Shown: one piece after another, positions 10,343 to 21,800 of the stretch
Layout: the number at the start of each line of letters is the position of its first letter
How positions within the stretch are numbered: position 1 is the stretch's first letter
The notes under the pieces: model-generated
Database searches by the model: none
Told to the model about the DNA's origin: nothing
The model's input: only the letters and a program-made list of their open reading frames with translations
NCBI GenBank assembly: GCA_040954595.2
Contig: CM082577.2
Coordinates: 7,403,846-7,467,845, forward strand
Direction of reading: 5' to 3'
Source of the DNA: Balanoglossus misakiensis
Taxonomy: Eukaryota; Animalia; Hemichordata
Length of the DNA stretch: 64,000 bases
Program-made: the position numbers and the translations under genes

Positions 10343-13300
10343 AAAATATAATCTATCTTTCCAGTCAAAAGCTGTTTAAAAAAGTGATATGTAATGTTAT
10401 GTAAATTTTTCATAAATATATATTGATTGTAGTGTAGGAATTGACAATGTATTTTGGACGTTTGGAAATGTGTGGACGTACATCCGTTGGCATTTCAACT
10501 GTGAATTTGCTGTAAAGCTAAATGAGAGATAAAATAGGAAGCTTCATTCCAGAGTTTGTAAGTCAAGCCTGCCATGCATACGCGGACTAATATTCCGTCA
10601 TGTGGTGGATGGCGATTTGGACTATTAAAAAGTAACAAGCCGATGTGCGTAAACCGGCAAACTAAATAGTTCGAGTCCAAGCATCGTAGTGTTTACAAAG
10701 ACACAATTTAAAGTTACGAAAAATATATATATATAAAACGTCATCACAACAGTTGCGAAAAAAAAGCTGTTATCGTATTTAAAAAGTAATCATTTCTTAT
10801 GGAGAATTTGATACGAGATACCGAGAAGACCAATATAACTGTAATAATGGCAATGTATTTTATAAAGACAACGTTTTTTGTAATTATTGTTCAATGTGCA
10901 CCACATTAGATATTGTGGTAGAGGCATTATTGGATTATTACCAATTGATTTACTTGGCTAGTATACTGTGGTGCTCTGAATTTGACAAGAACAGATTCTT
11001 GAGAGGAAATGGTTTTGTAAACGAGGTGGCATGTGTGAAGTCTCTTGAGAGTCATTTATTTTTAAATTCCTGTCGATGTCCCCAAAATGCAGGGATATTA
11101 AGCCACCTTTCTTAAAGTTTGCAGAGTTCCATCTTAAGTATTACATAATATGTGCTAAAAATTGAATATTTTGAAGTCATGCTCGAGAAATTGTGCATAT
11201 TAATTAATGATTGGAAAAATTAACTGACATTAAATATAACCTTTATGTAAAAAAATTACCATGACCCACTGACCTCAAGTTTTCTATATACTGCCTTGCA
11301 AAGATACGTACAAAATATGATTTTTTTTTTACGTACAGTGGTTCCAAGTTGACAGGGTATACGTACAGGCTTGTAGCACATGGGCACACTGACTCCGTTT
11401 TCCTAACACTATGAATTGACGAAACCTTCTCCTAGTATAGTTGTCCTTTTTTTCTTCAAAACACAACACACATGTGCATCCTGAAGCCGAGTTTGATCCG
11501 TATTTAGAAGACCTGCCCCCGAAAGGGTTGGTGTAAATCTTTCGCGAGGAACACCCTTGTTCTCCAAACAAATATGGCCAGACACCCTGCCATGTCATAG
11601 TTTATTACGAGAAGCTTTCCTATGAAAGCAGCTCCCAAAACCCCCAGACTGAAAGCTCGCGACAAAAAATCTTGGAATTTCGCAGAGGATTTCAAAGCAC
11701 CTCTGTATATATGTTATATATACACACCCTTGGACACATTCTTGGACAACTTCAGAGCACAACGAAAGTAGCTGCTTTTTTGGTGCTATCCGTATTTATA
11801 AATATTGCCTGGTGCCTTTGACAAGACTAACACAGCAGAGGTATTATCCTAATATCATATATATGTGTATATCATTTCGCATTTACCTACATTTGTATAG
11901 GTTGTTCCTTAACATAGCATGGAACACAAGGAGCTTGTCAGACGAGACCAGTTTGTGTGGTCTTCTAATGTATTGTTTACAGCCAGGGTGTAATACTGTA
12001 TGTAGCCAAATATAGTGTAGTATTTTTTTTAAAATATACAGTCTGTTGGATATGAATGTTATTTCAGAGACTTATGAGCCTATGTCTTGATTGAGCCAGA
12101 GGGCGTGGTGGAGAGGTTCAATCGATTATTAAATTTGCAATGTGCTGTGTTATAATGTAAGTATGCTGTTCTGTAGTGTGCGAGACGTCAAAGCTGTCTG
12201 AACAGAATTTGGCAAAACAAAAACAGTGCCTTTGGTTAGCGTTAACCCGGTCACCCCATTTCCTGTGCGAAGGGTCCAACCTGTAATGAAGGGTCCAACC
12301 TGAATGGAGGGTCCAACCGCAACACTAAAAGAAATGGGAAGAACCAAATTTTAAGGGGGGGGGGGGTGATACATTTTGAGAAAAAAATCCTCTCAAAAAC
12401 AGTGCAGTGTGCTCTGAATTTTCTCTCGGAACAAAACTTAACATGTGTTATTGGTCATGTTCCTGCAATGTGTTTCCAATGTTACGATGACCTGACATAA
12501 TACGGCAAGTTATTATGTTCATAGCTACTGACAGACAGCTCTTAGTTACCACTGTTGTCAAACAGCTTGAACCACTCCAAAAGGGGAGGGAGAAAAAAAG
12601 AAGAAGAGAAAAGCTGGTTCGTGTCTCTGGCAGTCGGCCGCAATACTAAACAATCAAATACAACCATACAGTGTTGGGTGTTGTTCCCTTCTTCACAGAC
12701 TGTGGGTGTGCTGAAATGCACCAATCAAAGGCACTGCCGAAGCAGTTTTTTTCAACATTTATTTATCCATTTCGTGAATGTGTGCAAACGTGCACGTACC
12801 GTCAGAACTGTGAACGCGATAGTTCAATATACGGCAGTTTTCTTTCCCTCTGTTCAGACAGATTTATGGGCAAAATTTTCAGTCCCGCTTATTGCGATCG
12901 CTCTCATATCAGTGAGTCATCCACTTGATAGGATTTCAGAGGAAATTATGACACAGCTGACATGAAATCTATTCACACTATATATTATATATATATTTCA
13001 ATATTGGTTTCACGGTCCACAAGGTGTCGCGATATCGATCAAACCAGTTTTCGTTCAGTTCATCCCACCAATGCATTTGTGTTACTCACGAACCATAATT
13101 TTTTTTACAGTTTCACACGAGTATAAATGAATGTAATATGCATTGAATTTTAATATTTTATGAGTGCTTTTTTTGACGTTCAGAGAAACTGTATAAATTT
13201 TACATTTGTCAAAAGTTGTTTATCTGTAGAGAAGACATGACAAAAAAAAACACCATAGAAATATACACATTTTCTTCATGTTGTAATATGATACATATTT

Positions 13301-13510
13301 CGCCTTTTTTTTGCATATTTGTTTTGTATCGAACTTTTATTTATTTGAAATGTATTCCTTGATAAAAGTACACTGGTTAGAAAGAAGTTCATCTGATTCC
13401 TTCAAAGTGTAGATTTCTCTGTGTTCACTTCACACCTACATTCAATACATGTGCGCAAAAAAGTCCACTTCGGGGAAGAAAAAAATAAACCCAGCTCGCA
13501 CTAATATATG
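10343..13510 (+). other. Probable long netrin 3' UTR
   Basis: AT-rich, no credible ORF; candidate AATAAA at 13484-13489; true end uncertain. Confidence 0.45.
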
Positions 13511-14009
13511 AAATTACAAATTCTGTCGGCACTGTTCAAAAAAAGAAATCCCCGAGTCTTACTTCAGCGATTATGAAAATTGAGAAACGAGAAGAAACTG
13601 AACCACTCACACAGTCAATCTCCAGGTGACCCCTTCTCCATTTATTTCACGTCCTCCGAACGCCAGCAAGATTACAGAAGTAACGAAATTACCCTCACGT
13701 CGGCGAGACTTGAAGCGCGCATCCGCGAACCTCCGCGGCATTCGGATCAGCGTGACCCGTAATGAACTGTTTTACACCTCTAAAAGATTGCAGTGACAGG
13801 GGATTTGCTTAATTTCTCCAGGGGCATGTTGCCTAATCACACTGCGGGATTAAGGGATTAGCGTAATCTGGCTTCTATCACAACAGAGAATTTACGAGGT
13901 AGCGTGGCAAATCAGCCGGTAATCCTACGCACACCTGCCTATATTCAGGACGTGCGTAGTCCTTACAATGCTGTAAACACAGAAACAGAAAGTACTGGGC
14001 CAAGAAATA

Positions 14010-15786
14010 TAGCACAGATATTTACAGATCTTTATTTCGAAATGACACCGTCTGATGGCTACCACATGTAGCAAAGGATCAAATTACAAAGTGCACCAAG
14101 TAAACCCCAGCAGATACACTTTTAAAGGTTTCCAAAAAAAATTCTCGGTTGTTTGATATGACATGATCAAAGCCAACAAACTATACTAATCCTATTTAGT
14201 TTTACATTCTTATTTCCAATTCACATACAAATATCTTACATGTATGGTACATTTCTGACAAAAAAGTTGGAATATGATATGAAAAATACCACTGAAATAT
14301 GATGCAAAAAAAATCTTCAAAACGTCATTTGTTTCTAAGTTTACAATCCAAGTATAAAGGAAGCAAAGTGCACAGCTACACTTCACAATACAGTATTAAA
14401 ACTTCCATAGGATATAAATGGAAAATCTTACATGATGTACAATCTCAGGATGTGCCCGTAATAACAAGTTTCGCAGTAAACCACTGGTAATATCCCCCCC
14501 TCCCCCTACAAGCACGTTGACACCAATGCCCTAATACAGAATGGCAATCAAAATAACATCACACGAAGGCACCTTTGACCTTTCACCCCCGGGGTTCACT
14601 GCAGGACAAGGCTATTGCCCCTCTTCATATTTCTGCAAAGAACTGATGATCATGCCATATGCTCATCGCTCCATCTCCAATGGCCATTCTCATCACACAG
14701 TCAATGGTGGGTAAGTCACGTGCCAAACCATAGCATGGCAAAAGCCATTGTATATGATTGCGACAATGGGTGGATTTTCATTGGAAATTAATTTTTTTTT
14801 GCCTTAAAAGTGACACTCCAGTTTTGCAAATATTTGCTAAACATACATGGTCGGCTGATCATTATTTATCCCATCCTGTGAAGTGCATGAAATTGATTTT
14901 AAAAAAATTGGGTTTCCAGGTAAAACATTTGACGTTATCCCCTCTGTGCATAATGTGCGTGACCAAAAGCTCTCTTTTGTTGATCGCATCTTGTCTCTCT
15001 GACTGGTTTTCTAGAGCGACATGCAGAATTTTTAAACATGTCCGTCAAAGAAACTGAAATAGCAAGTTTAGTACATTTCACAGAGTAATAAGTCAGTCCC
15101 GCCCATTGTAACTCCAGCAGACAGAAACCCAATTCAATAATTAAACTTTATTGATAATTCATTAACAAGTGCTTCATGTCACTTGAACTAAAGTTTCGCT
15201 AATTAACAGGCCCTCCTTAGAAAACAGGCACGCTCAGTTTAGTCTCTTGTGTCTACCTGAAAATTCATGATCAAAGTAAAGAAACGTAATCTGTGTGTAT
15301 ACTAGTATAAATATGAAAAAAAAATACGGTATAGTGAAATTCTCCAGTTCACAAAGGAATAAGTGTAGCTACCCAATACACAGTACAACTGTCGCACACG
15401 CAGCCTGGCTGGGCAGTGTCATCGTTGATGAACACATTCAAATGGTTTGTGTTGATTATTCCGTGTCAAAATACTGAGCTCTGAAAGCGTACACTGTTGG
15501 TGGAGATCAATAATTTGTTGCCGATATTTCATCACCGCAAGGCTGTAGTCTTTCTCTTTTTCGAAGAGCACGCCTTGGATTTATAATGTACATGTATATA
15601 CACACCCGGAGGCTGATAAGAACCATTCCAGCTGGGCCCAGCTAGCAAAAACTCAGCTGCTCTTGGGAACAACGGGTAGATACACAGCCGGGCCATGTCC
15701 AACAGTATCAGAGAGTCCTTATTCACACACCAATGGCCGTTTTACACAATGTATTTAACCTGATTAGATGAGTCTTTGGGTTTTCA
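14010..15786 (-). other. Probable STX8 3' UTR
   Basis: Minus-strand AATAAA candidates at 15147-15152 and 14031-14036. Confidence 0.45.
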
Positions 15787-15851
15787 TTAAAATGGAACAA
15801 CGGCCACGATCACTATGGCAATGAGGAGGAGTACGATTATGACCAGCATAG
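15787..15851 (-). CDS. STX8: STX8 exon 8 (TM anchor, stop)
   Basis: ttgcag acceptor; (A)MLVIIVLLLIAIVIVAVVPF TAA. Confidence 0.93.
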
Positions 15852-18800
15852 CTGCAACAGTCAAAAAGAAAAACAGACATCAAAATTTGGTCATTGTCGA
15901 TGACACAGTCCAAGTCGGAATAAGCAGACATTGAGAGTAATGACAGTGGAATTCTGGCTGTCTTAAATAGGTTTTCACTTTGCGCTAGGGGGTCAAATCC
16001 CATTGCATTCTGGTCGAAAAGTGGACAACCCACTGTAGTAAGAGATAGAAGAAATGATATGTTTACTGTATTTCATGATTTCCTTGGGTCAAACATGTCT
16101 GTCTTTGTAGTTACCATATTTAACTCATTAAACTTTTTTAACATTTTGTTATTTTTTCTGTTAAAAAGTTTCAGAATGACCCATCAGCGCTTTAGCTTAT
16201 GAACTCCAATTCCTTAAACATGGCAAAAATCGGCCATCTTGAAATTGTGTCGACCATGTGAGATTTTCATCACCCACCTAGGTAGCCAAAAACCTATTTA
16301 AGGTCGGGAGAATTACAGGTAACACATTTCACTCAAAACAGAAGTTTCAGCGCAAGTTTAATTTTCAAAACCAACGACACCCTTCCACTTCGCCTAGCCC
16401 TTAATTTAAAAACCAGTCAGAAATTTTGCCACATCCTGCATGAGAACAGTGACAGCCTCTGTAGAGTGTAATTCAAAACGGCTTTCCTAGTAGGAAGTTC
16501 AATTAGCCATGCCTATTACACCAGATCCGCTGATACTGGCAACATGAACAAACAAACCAGGTTGAGTTCTATACCGCGTTCGGAAAATTGAGATGTGGGG
16601 AATTATTAAAACAGGAACTTGATGATTTGCACCCTTAATAATTTCCTTGTGGGTTTGTGTGACCAAGTGCATGTGCAACAATCCACTATGACCTCCTTTG
16701 ATTTTTTTATGTGTGCTACACTTGTACACAAAATGTAGGTCACTCTGATACCCCAATGCTCCATCATCAGAATGTAGATGAGCTTCGATACTTGAGGGAG
16801 GATCATCTGATTTTGAGGGGGAGGGGGGATTTGGATATGTCAGCACTGTTACAGCAAAATTTTTTTTGATTGCAAGTCTACCTTTTCCCTCAAGGCACTG
16901 TAGAAGACATTTTTTCCGTCTGTACCATTCTGTCAACCATTTTTTTAATTTTTTACCCCCTAAAATCCGCCAGTCCCTAGAGATCAAATGGTTCTCCCCT
17001 TAATCAAACTTGTGACCATCAAACAGATTTTTAGCATTCAACAAGAGGTCTGTGCTTGGCTTCAACCTCATCAGTTATCTGGTAGCAAATCAGTGGGTTT
17101 CACATTTTCTGATGCCTTGACAACAGTGTGTGTGTGTGGTGTTCGGGAAAAAAAATGGCTGAGAATGAATAAAGATCCGAAACTCACCACAATTGCCACT
17201 TTTGGTGTCTATTCTCTTGATATGCCTCGTTTCCTTGATGAGTCTTTCATCTGTCCTGCCCATCTGTCCCGTTAGATCGTCGATAATTTCTGCAAACGAG
17301 CAAAAAACACGCACACTTTAATGAAATACAGCAACATGCACAAAACACAAAGTTTCTTGAGGGGAACCAATGATCCTGGCTATGAAGTCTGTTTTATTCT
17401 GATGAGCATGTTCGCTGTTATTTGTGGTACTTGATAAATCCAGCATAGCTTCAATCAACACACTTGCACATCATACAGCGTTAAAGGCCTTTGCTCAACA
17501 GTGAGTCAAATCTTTTGTTTCCAATAAACAACACAAAGGCTTTCTTGTTTACCTTTATTGTACTGCCCTGGGATCGAGAAAATGGCCTTTAAACTGAAAA
17601 AAAAGGCTAAGCCATGGAATATTCACTCCCTTAGAAGCCACAAAAAAATCATTTGCTTCCCAGATGCAGCAGTCAGGGATATCGAGGGGTCATCATTATA
17701 CATGAACTTCACCGAACAGATTTATGGTTTCCAATTCCCCCTTGAACCTAAACATGACCTTGCGTCTGACATCAAACATGCACATGATATCAAACACTGA
17801 GAACACCACTGATGTAAATGACACCCGTTGATTTAATCACTTCACATTTTACAGGACCCGGACATCTCTTCCAATCCAAAGAATCCAAACAAGCGTCTCG
17901 ATTGTTGCCGATAATTCCGGTCGCTGTTGACTCAGAAAAGTAACCCTTCCACGTGTGCAGAGACCGCTTTTAGACATTATTTACAAAAACGATACCAATT
18001 TTCCACTTTTTTTCACGTTTATATTTATATCGATATTATAAAAGCATTCAACGTTCCTCCTTTGACAGATGGCACGGTTATTCTGGCTGACATACACCAT
18101 ATACCAGGGTATGCTCGGTCAAAAATTATTTGAAGACGCTTTTTACTTACACAAGGTGAGAAAAGAGATAGAGAGAGCCGCGAAACTTGTGTTGGAAGCG
18201 CGAGTGTTCTCTTCCAAGCTACAAGCACCGAGAATCCGACACACACACAGCACGATGTGATATTCAATGTGTAAATATGCAAGTTCTACATATGTGGGTT
18301 TTCTCTGGAGAGGTAAACAAAGCCCGCCCGTGACAGCAGAGGTTCTAAGGGGGCTAGGGGGGTAGGGTTTATCAAAGGGTGAAGGTTGCGACGCCAAAAC
18401 CGTATATCTCTGGTGAACAGTTGTGGGTATATTGCAACCTCTGTCTGCAACCTTCCCTCTCCCCTTGCTTCTCCGCATAATGACAGAGTTGTGAAATTCA
18501 ACTAAAGTAACAAAAAATATTTTAACAGATTCTATTTTTCCTGGATAACTACACAGTCACACCCTTCGGAACAAAACAAAAACTGGACAAAATTCCGACA
18601 GTAAAACAGATATGAAAGATGCCAGTATTAAAGATTACACCAACTCATCTGAACTAATGACCGAAACTTTATCAGCTGATTTTTTATTTTGAGTCACTCT
18701 CAATACCTACAAAACATTTATGGTTCTGGCAAGCTCTGTATTGCTACTAAAATTAAACTTGCTTTATTTGGGAGGAGTGATTGTCCGCCATAACTCTGAT

Positions 18801-21800
18801 TTCATTTTCAAGCAGGCAATATTTGGGTGAAACTTCAGCTCTGACAAAATCCCAAGCACTTGTTTTCATCGAACTGGGTTTAAACTCTGCATGACTGAAG
18901 TCACGACAGCCATCGAGCCACGAAATCGCGTCGTTGGAGTCAAGTCATCCTGAAATTCCTGCTATGCGCTGGACGGGGGAAAAAAAACGTAGAATGCACT
19001 CTCCCTGATAAAAAATCAGCCACACTAATCAGACAGCTTGTTCCAGAGACCCTGGTGATTGCCTCCCCTCTTGCCCCTGGTCTTGATGAAGTCGGATCGG
19101 GGCTGACAACAATCAAAGTATCAAGGCCTAGTCGAAATAAATCGGTGTGAATTATCGGCGCGAGGGCAATCCATCATAAAGATTGTTTTGCGTCTCTGGC
19201 ACGCAGCCGATACAAAGCTCTGTTGCATTGCCACGAGACGTAATCAGGACCAGATTATAAATAAGTGTTTTGATTCGAATTTCCAAACTGTACTTATGCA
19301 TACTTTTAGACTGTCAGCTAAAGATTTTTTTCCTATGACCACCTTTTATCCATTGAACATTCACAACTACGATTGTCCAAATTCTTGTTTACATCTCTTC
19401 CCTACTTTGGCCTTTTAGTACTTCGGTTTTTCCCTCAATGATATTTGTGAACATTTCCTTTTTTTAATTTTAAGAAATTTATTATTCATTTACACCCTTA
19501 ATAGCATCTGTCCCCGTCTGTCTGAGGTTAACGTTTGTCAGGCAGAGAGTACGTCCATGTAACTGTATCAAGGGCTTCCTGGGTTGAGAGTACAGGCACA
19601 TGTGTAAAATTCACCGCACAGCATCAACTTGGCAATTTTAGTCAGCGGGAGCGAATGCTCATGTCATTCGCAAAACGCATTTAGAAGACGCAGAATGTGG
19701 AAAACTGACACTTCTCATTACCGTCGCGCGCTAATTTAGACCTGACCCGCTGAGGGTACAAATCGCGATTGCAGTCGGGGGATGCGGCCGGCCGTCAAGA
19801 ATGTCAGCTGTCCAAACCACGCCGGGCTGTGTGAGAACGCTAATTCCGTCCGCAAAAATATGTCAAATACTTCGGGCCCAAGGATATTGGATGTCCCGGA
19901 CCGCGTTAATAATCCCCGCGGGCAAATCTACTGAAACGCACGCAGACACTGAAAACGCATATACGTCATGTCAACCGGCTCTTTAAAGACAAAGAGTTGA
20001 GGGGATACATTCTGATGTGGTGGAATTAAGAGTTTAAAGCTGGGGGGATTTGGCTTGATTGAATGAATGATCTGCGAACATTTCCACGAATCGGCAAAGT
20101 TTTAAAGCTGAAAACATTCTTCACAGGCAAAAAACACAGGACATCAACTTTGAGTGATGAAATCTGTTCATGACTGATGTTTTTTTTTTGTATCTAAGGT
20201 GAAGGCCAGCTGCTACATTGCATTCTAATTGTACTTTTCTATAAAAAAAAAAGAAGGAAAAAGTACGTCCAAAGCACATGTCTTCATACTTAGCATCATG
20301 TTTATTTTGCAGACATATTAAAATAAGATCACCGGGACCTGCGTCTACGATCGCGAGCATCTCGCTTCCCCCGATTATCCGCGACAAACTTAATTTACAT
20401 CAAATTTGTCATATTATACCCCTATAACCTGAAACACTATCCTCCATAAAAAACTGAGTCCAGAATTCACACCATGATTCCATCGTTTCTTATCTGGGTC
20501 AATCTCTCCTTTATTTTCCTGATTTATGGCCGGAGACTGTCGGGGAGATCGTCAGTGCATGTTAGAATACTCTGATTCCCATTTATGATGAGTGATCAAC
20601 ACGAACACCATGTATTTCAATTGTCTCCTAATTTCATGCGTCACAGCAGAGTAAAAATACAGTTAAGGTGATCTGGCTAGATACATTTATAATGGTAAAT
20701 ATCACTTATTCGTAATCAATAATCGTTTTTATTATCTACAGAAGGAGTCATCATTTGCATGTAAAAACTCAAAACGGCAGTAACAGCTAGAACTTTTCAA
20801 ATTCCTTTCCCCCATTGGTATACATCGGGATATGCAAATAGATAAATATTTCGCATAAATAGAACTCCCGATGTACAACTTCTGGTTTGATTGTGTCATC
20901 ATGAGACTGCCCTCTTGAGTTCAATTCTACACTGACCTCTTCACAGTTTTTACACATCCTGTTCAACAACATATACCTTGATGCGGACTGAAACATTACC
21001 ATAAAGAAGATGGGTTTGACAAAACTGTCCATAGAGGGCAGTCTTCCACATCTTTTCCTCCTAAAATGTCAAACATTCTAATAACGGACAGTCACGGACA
21101 TTGGAAGGTCTTACCCAGAAACAAAACTCCCCTACCAGAAAACAAAAAAAAAACTTACCGTTGTGTTCATCTAATTCATCGCCAATGTGTTGACCCATCT
21201 GCTTTTGCCGAGCGATAACTTGGGACAGCGCGTCTAGACCAGAGTCTTGTTCTGTTCAAAATAAACAATAAACGGGTTGAGTCAGGACATGTTCATTGCA
21301 AGAAATCATCAAAACAGTTGCCCTGTACTCAGACACGCGCGCTTTGAGAACCGAGGGATGAAGTAAAGCCTGCAACGATAAACTATAAAGGAAAACTGGT
21401 ACCTGCTATAATCTGCTGCTGCTGGCCTCTAATGTCTGCCACCGTCATGGTACTCGTCTCCTCCGATTCGTCGACGTCCCACGGGTTCGAGCGACTGAAG
21501 CCTGGCCCTTGGTGCAGCAGGCTCGTTCTAGGTGAAACAAAACTGCACAATTGGAGTAGAGACATCATTCATTTGTTGACTCATGCTACACAGTGTCGTC
21601 ATGGTAAAAGTTTTAAACACCAATAACATCAATGTATGTTATTTTACAGGCCAAAGTAGCATGGTATTAGTATTGTGAATACAATTTCAGATGAGCAATG
21701 AGCTGAAATGGTATTTGTTAGTCACACCAGATTTTGTGCCCAATGAATTGTGCCAGAAGCCTTTTTGATTATTTCATTTAAGTATTTGAATTGGGAGTAC

